Source: Octopus bimaculoides (Eukaryota). From it: a stretch of DNA of 64,000 nucleotides. The stretch covers positions 70,183,359 through 70,247,358 of the forward strand of contig NC_068989.1 of NCBI RefSeq assembly GCF_001194135.2, in the 5' to 3' direction. Within the stretch, counting starts at the first letter, position 1, and each line of letters starts with the position of its first letter. The notes beneath the pieces are model-generated. The model worked only from the letters and a program-made list of their open reading frames with translations. It did not search any database and was not told where the DNA came from. This document shows positions 38,083-50,340 of this stretch, piece after piece. The position numbers and the translations under genes are program-made.

Positions 38083-39393
38083 AGTGATTGGTGTTAGGAA
38101 GGGCATCCAGCTGTAAAAATCCTGCCATAACAGTCACAGAAGTCTGGTGCAGGCTTTGGCCTGGCCAGCTCTTGTGGTACCATCTCACCCATGCTAGCAT
38201 GGAGCACAGACGTTAAATGATGATGATGATGATACATATATTTGTATGTTTGTCCCCCACCACCGTTGCTTTACAACCAACATTAGTGTGTTTACGTCCC
38301 CATAACTTAGCAGTCCAGCAAAAGAGACCAATAGAATAAGTACTAGGCTTACAAAGAATAAGTCCTGAAGTCAATTAGTTTGACTAAAACCTCTTAAAGT
38401 GGTGCTCCAGCATGGCCACAGTCAAAAGACTGAAACAAGTAAAAGAATAAAAGGATATAGCCATACCTACTTCTGAAGACACTGAAACTAAAACCTCAAA
38501 TAATTCCCTCAAAATAAATAAACAAAAATAAAAACAAATGAATCTGGATATCACAAGATTCCAATGCTGTCAACACTACTTCTATTTTAGCGCTATCTTG
38601 TCTAGGAAACATGTGACAAATCTATTTCTCACATCTTGAATTATGTGGATTTTTGTTTGTTTTTTGTTTATTTGCTCTTTTTTTTTTTTTGTAATGTAGA
38701 TGAGATGCATTTCTTTACAAAGAACCAAAACTTTCCGGCTTATTTGTGGATAAGCTTCTTAATTCAACCATTTTTTTCCTTTTTTCTTTTTTTCTCTGTA
38801 AAATCTCGAAAATTTTATAATCTTCCTGTATTAGCATTTTATTATAGCCTTGACATTGTTTGTGAACTTATTTCATATTCTTCAACAAACTTTTAATGTA
38901 TTTACTTTGAATTGAATAATACATTGAAATAAATATGTCTAACATATACAGTGTCCATTGTCCTTGCAGTGGTCACTTGTAGTCAATATATTACTGTGTT
39001 CATCTTCTTTTCAGTGGTCAGCTGGAACTAATGTACACTGTGTCCACCTTCCTTTCAGTGGTCAGCTAAAATTACTACATACTCTGTATTTTAAGCACTT
39101 TATAGACATGAAACCTTGGGCATAAACCTGGCAACAACTATCTTTGTCCAATATATATATATATATAGCGAGAAATCAAGGATATGAGAGGTATTGGTGT
39201 CAAGAAGACCCAAAGGTGTCAGGTAATGCTGAGTAAGTGCTATGGACAGACTATAGTTAAGCTCCAGGTTCGATGATGATATGAATGAGGAGTCCAATGT
39301 AGGTTGTATATTAGCATACATATATATAAAAATTAGCAGAATGAGATTTAAAAAATCCTAGGCTGTGAAACTTTTCAGAACATTTATAAAGAG

Positions 39394-39441
39394 GTCTTAC
39401 AGCTGTTTCCAGGATATTTTATATATCCCTTCATCAGAGAC
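39394..39441 (-). ncRNA. Minimal type I hammerhead ribozyme motif
   Basis: Minus strand: GTCT-CTGATGA-A-GGGATAT-ATAAA-ATATCCT-G-GAA-ACAGCTGT-A-AGAC. All core nucleotides are present and stem I is perfect. Confidence 0.85.
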
Positions 39442-39976
39442 GGTGCGAGAAAGTGTTTAAGTAATAGTTATTATAGAGAAGATATGAAATACAGAGTGAA
39501 GTGAAGGAATGAAAACAGACGTGAAATATGTAAGGATATTGTATCTGCAGTTCCATTATTTAAGCAGAATGGTGTATATATAAGTTTCCTGTACCTTATT
39601 GTGTGAGTTCCAATGGTGTTTATAATTGGTCGTTCCAAGCATAGAGTCTTTATATATATGACTACTCCACTACTATTAGCTTGTCTCCATTTTTACATCT
39701 CTGAAAAGAAACTAATATTTGTTTCACAAATATAATTTTTGCTATATTTACTACAATTTTTTTTTATTTTCCTGGGATAAAAATGTTGCAAATGTTGTTT
39801 GCTTTATCTGTCACAAGAACACTTAAAATCACATTAAAAGAACCTGATTTCTTCTGACAACACAGTATTTAAACAGATTAATATTGTTTGTTTACATTTT
39901 CTTCATCATAAACTCAAAGGTTGTAATAAGTTAAACAATATTTACTAACAGAGAGGGTTTAATCTGTTATTAAGAT

Positions 39977-40318
39977 TGTTTTTAGTACTGAACTTATGAA
40001 GAAAAAGGAAAGCAATGAAAGCAAAAGTGAAAACAACTGATGCTGGAAATGCAAAGGATGAAAAGCTCTAATATCAACCATCATAACAATATGTGGTGAA
40101 GTTTAAAAAAAACCTAAAACTTTGAATATTTAATCTAATGTTCAAGATTGGAGTACACAGCTGCTAAAGAACTAATAGTGGGAATGATAACATGGCCCTC
40201 AGGAGATGTCTTTACTCTTTGCATATATGTGTAAAAGTGCAGATATATGTTATGTGCATATGTGAGATGCTTGTGTGTGTGTGTATACACATGTAAATAT
40301 ACACTCTCATACATACTA

Positions 40319-40358
<40 letters not shown>

Positions 40359-40885
40359 CACACACACACACATACACACACACACATATATTTGTTAGTG
40401 CGTATCTTTACACATACATGCAAAGGACATGTTTTTCAAGAACACTTTTTTTTTGTGCCATATTATTGCCTTCTACAATAACAGCAAGCTGGCAGAATTG
40501 TTTGAAACAGCAAAGAAATGCCTTGTGGCATTTTTCTGGATTTCACATTCTAAATTCAAATCCCACAAAGACCAACTTTGCCTTTCAGCCTTTCAGAGGT
40601 TGATAAAATAAAGCGCCAGGCAAATACTGGTGTTGATGGCATCAACTCACCCCCATCTTCTCTAATTTTCTGGCCTTTGTGCCAAAATCAGAAATATTAT
40701 TCTCTTTGCAGCTACTTACCAGTACTTGAACACTGGATTAAGTATTCATAGTTTTAGGGGTTTTTTTCTTTATCACATAACAATGGTCATTATTAGAACT
40801 CTTTCTTTGCATCTCCAGCATTCATTATTTTTTGCTTTGTTTTTATTTTCTTCTTTCTTCCTTCATTCATTCTGTATTAAAAACA
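39977..40885. repeat. Old inverted duplication with arms of about 165 bp
   Basis: 39977-40146 aligns with the reverse complement of 40725-40885 (gatgctggaaatgcaaag...ctctaata...aaaacctaaaactttgaatatttaatctaatgttcaag). The spacer holds (CA)n and a SINE. Confidence 0.7.
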
Positions 40886-41299
40886 GTAAAGCAGTCTTAA
40901 TAACATTAAATCTCTGGTTAGTAAATATTGTTTAACTAATTACAGCCCTTTATTACATGATGAAGGAAATAAAACCAAACAATATCACCTGTGTAAATAC
41001 TATGTTGCCTATAAAAATTAGCTTCCTCGAATATGATTTTAAGTGTTCGTGTGACAAATAAACCAAAAAAGTTTGCAGTATTTTTTCAGGAAGATATAAA
41101 CAGTTGTAAATATAGGGCTTCCCAATAAAAAGTAATACAAAGAAAAATATATTTGTAAAACAAATAGTTATTTTTCTTGTCAGAGATGTAAAAATAGAGG
41201 CAAGCTAATAGTAGTTGGACACAAATCAAGTTACAATTGAAAGGTTAAAAATTCTCTGAGGAAATTTCCGATTTTTGTAGTGAATATTCTCTCTCTCAA

Positions 41300-41640
41300 T
41301 CTAGTTTCTTTAATTTAAAACTGATTTACTCGTTTCCAGTGAATGTTTACCAACAGTTTTTCAGACTGTCAAATGACAACCTGAGTATTAAATAGCGTGC
41401 AATCTTTGGTTTGGCAGGGATGTATACGTCATCAGCAAATTTAGCGTAGGAAAAAGTGTATTACAAACAACTCAATGTTTCCGGAAGATGTCACCCGAAT
41501 AACAGTTGCTTGTTTCCGATGTGGATGGACACTGAAAATGAACTATTTTTTTCTTTCTAAAAGGAAATGAGGCTACGTAAATATAACCAAGGATAATATA
41601 TTGATCGATGCATTAGTCGGTCAGCTTTTGTTTTCATTAA
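41300..41640. promoter_or_regulatory. Candidate promoter (CpG-retaining unique sequence)
   Basis: About 10 CpGs in about 330 bp of non-repeat DNA, against very few in other unique stretches. Includes CCGGAAG (ETS-like, about 41481) and TACGTCA (CRE-like, about 41425). Confidence 0.35.
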
Positions 41641-42117
41641 CTTGAAATGTAAAACATTCTGGATTTTACCATTTAATTGTTTTTATTTTAAAGTTTTCCT
41701 ATCTTCTGGAATTCATTAAAAAAATCTGTACTGACCAACTTTGGTTATTGTGAATTTGTTCTGCATTTCTTCCTTCTTTTTCAGGGGTGGAGTGCTGTTA
41801 AATCATTTTAACACATTATCAGTATTTTATCAACCAACTTTCCATGGTTGCATGGGTAGGATGGGATTTATTGAGGCAGATTTTTCTACAATGAAATGAC
41901 TTTCCTGTTGTCAACTCTTACCTGTTTCCAAGCAAGGTAATATTTATCTATGACCAGGCACCATGTTTTCACAGAATATTCGAAAGGAATGACATTCATT
42001 TACAACAATCATATGTTGTCGAGACAAGGAAACACAAATACTCACACATCCACATACATACATACATACATACATACATACATACATACATACATACATA
42101 CATACATACATACATAC

Positions 42118-42600
42118 AGACCGGATATAGTAATCTGGGACAGAGAAGAGAAACTGTGTACAGTAGTAGAAATCAGCTGTCCTGTGGATGTCAACATCAC
42201 ACTAAAGATTAGAGAAAAAGAGAACAACTACGCTGAGCTACAGAGAAATTTGCAGATACTCCACCCAGTCTACAAATTCAGATTCATACCCGTGATTGTT
42301 GGGGCATTGGGATATATAACGAACTGCCTCAACAAAAACCTGGAAAAATTAGGGTTCTCAAAACCTGAAAGAAAAAGGCTGATTAGAAGACTACAGATTC
42401 AAGCCATCAATGGAACTATAAAGATATGTAAAACTTTCCAAATATTTAGCACATAAATACATATGCATGCATCTAGACATGAAAATATATACATAAAAAC
42501 GCATCCATAAAACAAACATAAAAATTTGCACATAAATACATATGCATACGCCTAGACATGAAAATATATACATAAAAATGGATCCATAAAACAAACATAC
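42118..42600 (+). mobile_element. 5'-truncated RLE-type non-LTR retrotransposon (R4/Dong/NeSL-like)
   Basis: RPDIVIWD-x8-VEISCP...KENNYAEL...IPVIVGALG restriction-like endonuclease domain. It starts directly after (TACA)n, and the 3' UTR is duplicated with a 79-bp period. Confidence 0.85.
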
Positions 42601-43421
42601 AAATCACACTTTCGTTATATATGTTTCCTTTTTCTTATCTACAGATATTATCTCCCCAATTGACGTTTTATGCCTTAAATTTGACAGATATTTATTGCTA
42701 TTTGATGTGTTTTATTATAAAACCTTGACAATTTCCTTTGTACTAAATGTTGCTTAAACGGACAGATTTTTATACTTTTCTTATTTTATGCATTTTTCAA
42801 TTTAAGATTCGTTTTTTGAAGTTACCAGACCTAAAGAGTGTCCTCATATTGGGTGGTAACTATCTTGTTCGATTCATTGTGGATTGACCAGATATTTTCC
42901 ACTGTTATGTGGCCATGAAACGCGCGTAGTCTTTCACCCACTTTCATTTCTTTAACGTAACCGATTTTAATTCTTAGTCCAATATTTCATAGATTTTATG
43001 TATTATAAATTCTCCCTTGCATTTTTTAGATTTTTAAACTAGTTTTGTATAGTCCACTTTTCTTAATAGTGTCTAATCTCCTTCTTTGTACGAGTTGCAC
43101 CATGATGGTTCTTCTCTAAATTATTAAAATATTCTTCAATATACAACTCAATTTGATATTATCAAATTGTATTTCCTTGCAAGTTTGGATTTTGTAATTC
43201 CCTAACATTATAATATATATACATATCATCATCACCATCATCATCGTTTAACATCTGCTTTCCATGCTAGCATAGGTTGGGCGATTTGACTGAGGACTGG
43301 CAAGCCAGAAGGCTGCACCAGGCTCCAATCTGATCTGGCAGTTTCTACAGCTGGATGCCCTTCCTAATGCCAACCATTCCGAGAGTGTAGTGGATGCTTA
43401 GTGGGTGCTTATACACACACA

Positions 43422-45392
43422 CCATGTTTCCCCAAAAATAAGACCTAAAGCGAAAATAAGACCTAGCATGATTTTTTCAGGATGGTTCTAATATAAGCCC
43501 TTCCCTTAAAATCAGCCAAAGTTGAGAGTGACAGACGGATGAAAGAACTAAGCAGTCTCTTCATATTGATTCAAACCGCTTTGTTGCAGTGTGTACACTG
43601 TTCAAAATATCTTTTAAAAATAATGACGTCACAAAATCTATCCTGGTGTCTCTTTCATAACTCAAATATTAACAAGCTATACATCAATCAACAGCCCATG
43701 TTCAGAGCTTTCAAATGTGTCATGTAACATTTTCATCAATGGTCAGTACTGGTCAGTAGGTACAAAAAAACAATAAAATATACATTTTCTTTCAAGACAG
43801 AAATCTCCCAGAAAACATCATGAAATTGAATGGGAAATCATTTGTCAGGTCCTTTTCATTCTAAGACAAGATGAATACTAGAAGAAAGAGTTATTCAACT
43901 GAGTACAAGAAAGAAATCGTGGAGGAATCACTGGGCAAGAATCTTACTGTTTTCTGCAAAGAAAAGAATTTGGATCTCTGAATGGTTAAAAAATGGCAAG
44001 TGGACTACAATAAACTCAGTCAACAAGTGGACGAAGGAAATGCAAAGAAACGCAAGTGTGGATGAAGTCAGCAACCACTATTTTCTGAGTTGGAAGACAT
44101 CATCTGTGAATGAGTTGCTGACAGGCGAGCAAAGGCTTTGGTTGTTCACTGGACTGATATTCAAGTACTTGCCCTCACAAATGTACCACAGTTTGGTATA
44201 TTTCCAGAAGAATTCAAGGCATCACAACACTGGCTTGATGGTTTCCTTCAGTGACATGAACTTACTCTGAGAAGGCTGACAACACTGTTCAAACTAGAGA
44301 TTATTAAACGTGCACTTGCATTTATGTCCTTTGTTGATGAGACAGACTTTTCTGAATACCATCTCTCCAATATGATTGCTATGGATGAAACTGCAGTGTT
44401 CATAAGACAAGGATCTCAATCAACAATCGATCAAAGGTGTGTGTTGTCAGTTTACATTCCTTCTACTGGTTATGAAAGTGCACGAGTTACATGTATTTTG
44501 GCAATTCGTCTTGATGGAAGTAAAGCCCCACCTCTAGTCATCACTAAAGGCAGAAAGGATAAAATTGAATGCATTTTAGGCATCTGTGTCCTGGAAACTG
44601 AAAAGGCATGGTGCACACAGTTTTAAATAAGTGGATTAATTTCATGCTGCCACTTATTTTTTGAGGAGGCTAAAAAGGTCTGATAGTCTGGGATTCAGCC
44701 AGCATGAACTGCGCAAAAGACATGAAGAACTTCTTTGCAGAAAGAAGAATAGATCAAATCATGATTCCTCCAGGAATGACTGCCTATCTCCAGATTCTTG
44801 ACATTGCAATAAATAAACCATTCAAGGACCATTTACGCATGGAAAGCAATGACTTCATTGAAAACAGAATAGTGAAAAATCAGTGTGGAAATTTTGTGAA
44901 ACCCAGCCTACAAGAGACTGTGACCTGGGAGACGAATTCATGGAATAAAATCACTGGCAGCTGTGTTGCCAATGTGCTACAAGCAGGCTACCAGGACAAG
45001 AACTTCTCATTCAATGTGATATCTGTTGCTCGACATGAGAGATTGGGGATGAAAGTTCTGCAGGAAATGGAGTCACACGAAAACTCCACAGCAATTTTGG
45101 AATCCAGTGATTTGCAGAACAATGACATTCCAGAGGATAATGACATAACTGTTTTTGAATAAATTGTTGTTAATGAGTTTCTGAGTAAAAGAACATGTGA
45201 ATTGTCAAGCAAATGTAGATTGGTTTTCGTAATTTCTGCTTAATAAATTCCTGTTGTAATAAATGTTCAAGTAAATGTAGATTGTTTTACATAATTTCTG
45301 TTTATTTAGTAATTTCGTAATTTTCTATTTTGTAATGTCGCTTTTAGGTACATGAAAAAAGTATGAACTCCCCTGAGTTCAAGGAAACACGG
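43422..45392 (+). mobile_element. pogo-family DNA transposon, near full length
   Basis: TIRs CCATGTTTCC / GGAAACACGG followed by TA. Decayed ORF 43871-45162 has an N-terminal HTH (RKSYSTEYKKEIV), a CENP-B-like HTH (FKAS..W) and DDE_1 motifs AMDETAV, IVWDSA and LQILDIAINKPFKDHLR. Confidence 0.85.
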
Positions 45393-45428
45393 TATATACA
45401 TATATACACACATACATACATACATACA

Positions 45429-45496
<68 letters not shown>

Positions 45497-46129
45497 CAGA
45501 GATACTCGGTGTTGCCCGTGTCACATGGAATTGAAGAATTAGACTTTTCTTTTATATTTTCTCTAATGAAATTAGATTCGAATTTCATGACTATACCAAC
45601 CATGATTTCTGTCTGCTCTCTCACCCCTACCTCTAACAGCTGAGGACATGAATAGGCTTGTAAGAAATGAAGCCTGTTAACAGCACCCTTCAATTGTTGG
45701 GTGATATGTTGTGCTTGTGAAAACCTGTCAAACTGAGTGAAATCGTAGTCACAGCTGATGCCAGTGCCATCTGACTGGCACCTGTGCCCGTGGCACACAA
45801 AAAGCACCATTCAAGCATTGGGCCTCATGGAGGCAGTGACAGGTGACCAAGACCCTTGGCAGGTATACCATGCTTGTGTAGACCTCTCAAGCCAAGTGAG
45901 ACTGTAGCTGTAGCTGATGCTGGTGTCAGGTCAATGGTACCTGTACCAGTGGCATGTAAAAAACACCCACTACACTCTTGGAGTGGTTGGCATTAGGAAG
46001 GGCATCAAGCCATGAAAACCTTGCCAAATCAGATCGGAACCTGGTGCAGCCCATCCGGCTTACCAGTTTTCAGTCAAACCGGCCATCCCATGCTAGTGTG
46101 GAAAGCAGACATTAAAGATGACAATGATA

Positions 46130-46172
<43 letters not shown>

Positions 46173-46174
46173 CA

Positions 46175-46322
46175 ACAGGCTTCTTTCTGTTTCCATCAAC
46201 CAAATCTCCTCACAAGGCTTAGCTCAACCCAAGGCTATAGTAAAAGGCACTTGCCCAAGATGTCATGCTGTAGGACTGAACATGGAACCATGTGATTGGG
46301 AAGCAAGCTTCTTACCACACAT
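46175..46322 (-). mobile_element. SINE family A, 5' half
   Basis: aggcttctttctgtttccatc...gcaagcttcttaccacac. Confidence 0.7.
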
Positions 46323-46500
46323 CCACAATATATATATATTGTTACAAGCAAAAATAGTTATATTCAGATATTTTCTCATTTGTACAATGCAAATTAGAAC
46401 ACTGCTCTCTGGTTTTGCAAGCGAAGACAAAAACAATAATTCTTTGTGGTCATGTGACTGTTTAAAGTATAGGCGGTATGATTTTGGCACACTTTTATAG

Positions 46501-46536
46501 TGTGGGCAAAGTACAAAAACTACTATTGCCCACATG
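46501..46536 (+). CDS. Candidate 36-nt exon, product unknown
   Basis: cacttttatag|TGTGGG...CACATG|gtgagt: consensus acceptor and strong donor, open in all three frames. Confidence 0.25.
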
Positions 46537-47574
46537 GTGAGTTAGTTCATGCTGGAAAACGATGTGTAACATTGATGTGGGATGTGGTGGAAGCCAGTGC
46601 AAATAGTTTTATGTAGTAGTTGGTGCCATGAGGTTGATGTGAGGCAATCAATGTAGGTGATGGTGCCGGGCAATTTTGTATGGAACAGTTAACAGAGTAT
46701 TTGGTGTAGAGTATGAAGTTGGTTTCAATGGTTAATACGAACAGTGGACGGTTTTGAACTGGCTGTGAAAATAGTGAACTTGGCAACCGAAAGAAGGTGG
46801 AATGGTACCATGGATTCAAAAGTAACAAGAGTCCAGTCGGAAAAAATAAGAGATAAAAAAAAAGATAGAAAATAAATTATTAGACTTGTGAATAAAAGAA
46901 GAGCTCACCAAAAGAAGTCTACATATTTTAGAGGTAAATGAAAAAGTCTCTAAAAACTCCCTAAAGAATTGTCTATTTATTCCATAAATGTTATTGGCCT
47001 CTTAATTAAAGTTCTTGTATTCTGGTTATACTCAACGGTTTTGTTTGTTATATTTAACTCTTCTGACTTCTTTCACTACTGCTTCTTCTACACGAAGCAA
47101 GTTGCTTTGCTGAGCTCACCTACATGGTCTTCTGAGTTATTGGACATAGACTGTTGTATTGTAGGTGGTTTCAGGAGGCCACATGCAGTGCAACAATATA
47201 TATACATGTATATATCATCATCGTCCCCATAATCATCATCATTTGATGTTCATGTCCCATGTTGGGATGCATTGGGATGATTTGACAGGCTCTGATGGGT
47301 CTAAGGACTGCATTGTATTCCATTGTTTGCTTTAACATGGTTTCTACCTCTGGATGCCATTGTTTTTATGTCAAGTTATATATAAAAACAATTTAACATT
47401 AAAATGAAGAATTACTCAATATTTTTTTACAGAGGACATAAGGTATTAATTTTTATAAGGAAATGATTTTTAGTGACTTCAATGATTCCAGTCTGATGAG
47501 ATGAGCAAACCAAATCTTCAAAGTTACTGTCACACTTTCCTTGTAAAAGTTTATATATATATATATGGGAGAAT

Positions 47575-47760
47575 ATACAAATAATAACAACAGACGAGGA
47601 CAGGTGGTGTAAATAACAAAAGTATATATTAGTATGACGCTCGGGAATACGGAAAGTCTTTGATGTTTCGAGCTACGCTCTTCAACAGAAAGAATACGGA
47701 GACAAGGAGAAAAACACGGAGAAAAAAAAATTGAATAGTGTTCAGTCAACGGTCAATCAT
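47575..47760 (-). mobile_element. Penelope-type pseudo-LTR, young and CpG-rich
   Basis: Contains the hammerhead-like motif at 47657-47693 and runs into the gap at 47775. Confidence 0.55.
47657..47693 (-). ncRNA. Variant-core minimal hammerhead motif
   Basis: TCTTT-CTGTTGA-A-GAGC-GTA-GCTC-GAA-ACAT-C-AAAGA. A6 has changed to U, and stem III ACAT is probably a decayed ACGT palindrome. Confidence 0.55.
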
Positions 47761-48376
47761 AATATATATATATANNNNNNNNNNNNNNNNNNNNNNNNNN
47801 NNNNNNNNNNNNNNNNNNNNNNNNNNNNNNNNNNNNNNNNNNNNNNNNNNNNNNNNNNNNNNNNNNNNNNNNNNNNNNNNNNNNNNNNNNNNNNNNNNNN
47901 NNNNNNNNNNNNNNNNNNNNNNNNNNNNNNNNNNNNNNNNNNNNNNNNNNNNNNNNNNNNNNNNNNNNNNNNNNNNNNNNNNNNNNNNNNNNNNNNNNNN
48001 NNNNNNNNNNNNNNNNNNNNNNNNNNNNNNNNNNNNNNNNNNNNNNNNNNNNNNNNNNNNNNNNNNNNNNNNNNNNNNNNNNNNNNNNNNNNNNNNNNNN
48101 NNNNNNNNNNNNNNNNNNNNNNNNNNNNNNNNNNNNNNNNNNNNNNNNNNNNNNNNNNNNNNNNNNNNNNNNNNNNNNNNNNNNNNNNNNNNNNNNNNNN
48201 NNNNNNNNNNNNNNNNNNNNNNNNNNNNNNNNNNNNNNNNNNNNNNNNNNNNNNNNNNNNNNNNNNNNNNNNNNNNNNNNNNNNNNNNNNNNNNNNNNNN
48301 NNNNNNCAGCCTCCTGGCTTTCCAGACCCCAGTCGAACTGTCCAAACCAGGCCAGCATGGAAAACGGACGTTAAAC

Positions 48377-48413
<37 letters not shown>

Positions 48414-48465
48414 TACATAGGGAGAGAGAGAGAAAGATTGGCAGGCAGACTGATGGACGGACAGA

Positions 48466-48785
<320 letters not shown>

Positions 48786-48884
48786 CATGGTGCTTGTTCC
48801 AATTTCATAGATGATTGCCATCTCCCTGGACTTCCTTATACTCAATGATGGTGGTGATGGTGGTTGTGGTGGTGGTGGTGATGA

Positions 48885-49265
48885 TGATGCAATGAATCAC
48901 CCAGTCTAGGAGGAAGGGCACTACATGCAGTTGATCTTTCATTGGACTTCAGATAGTTGACATACCCAGCCTTGGAGAGGAGTACCTGGTCACACATTTC
49001 ACACTTCCAATATTTTATGTTCTCATTGAGGTTCTGATGACAGCCCCTCCGAAGCTAGCACTTTAAGCTTTCATGTACAGAGCGGACTTCCTCAAAAGTT
49101 TTACAACTTTCTTTTGTACACTTCCTCTGCTCAGCTCTTTCCAAAGCAAGTGCTTCTCGGTTCCTTCAAGTTGTCTTTTATGCAGTCTTTGTACATTTTT
49201 TTCTGGTTTGTGCTGAGGACACTTTCCAGAGCACAGCTCACCATAGAACAGCTGCTTTGGAATCC
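48885..49265 (-). pseudogene. RTE LINE C-terminal fragment with a zinc-finger remnant
   Basis: IPKQLFYGELCSGKCPQHKP..YKDCIKDNLK ... WKCEMCDQVLLSKAGYVNYLKS. Confidence 0.75.
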
Positions 49266-49332
49266 TATTATCTTACATATCCACAACATACATGCATTCA
49301 TAAGTACATACATAATATAATATATAATAAAT

Positions 49333-49430
<98 letters not shown>

Positions 49431-50340
49431 ACACACACTCACAAGAACATGAGCTAATAAATCATCATGTGTGAAACCTAATATGCTATCTTTCAGATAG
49501 TGTGTTCACACAAGTAATTCATTAAAATTATTATTGCTATAGAGTTACTATTGTAATTAATAATGCACAGCGAATTGTCTGTGATATCAAAGTTTAATTT
49601 GCCTGCCTAATGAGAGAACATGACAAATCCTTCACTTGTAACTTTATCATTGCAACCTTACTAGATTCCAACCATGGATCTAATGCTTGTTGATTTGTTT
49701 TCGTACGTCTTCTTTCATTTTGTTCAGGGAAGGTCGGGGGAAAAGTTCTGATGGTTATAAAAACACAAAAATATTCATCTTTGTTTGGTTATTTGCAGCA
49801 ACCAGTCTTTTCACAAGCAATGATGATCTGGGAATAATTATACAACAATCACAAGAAATTTGAGAGGATTAGAAATATCTTCAAATGTATTTAAGTCTTT
49901 AAATTTAAAACACTTAAGGCTTAAAGTTATTTGGCAACTAACAAAAGATGATATCTCTATCTTATAGAATTAATAACAACATTCAAAACCTGACATAATT
50001 TTTTCATGAGTGGCCAAATGACAGAATCGTTAGAGCATCAAACTCACTGGTTTGTGGTGGTTGTTCAGCCTCTCAATTCTCTGAGTCCAAAAACGGTCAC
50101 GATATGACGATGATGCACATTTACAACTATCATATGTTATCAAGAAAATACTACACACAAATACAAACACCTATAAATACATACAAACATATGACATACA
50201 TAAACGTACACACACACACACACACTTACACACATGACAAGCTTCTTTTGACTTACATGAAGCCTTTTCAGCTTCAATAAAACTCTGCATAGGCATGTAC
50301 CTATGTATATATGTATGTTTGTTTGTATGCATGTATGTAT

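Noticed and set aside
42905-42935. Hammerhead-like CTGTTATGTGGCCATGAAACGCGCGTAGTC
   Set aside because: GAA-ACGCGCGT-A is suggestive, but the CUGANGA core is incomplete and stem I does not pair.
46547-46828. 93-aa minus ORF
   Set aside because: No motif; alternative frames contain stops; possibly an unrecognised old repeat.
49032-49060. CTGATGA...GAAG motif
   Set aside because: Lies in RTE coding sequence on the opposite strand, with no stem II or III.
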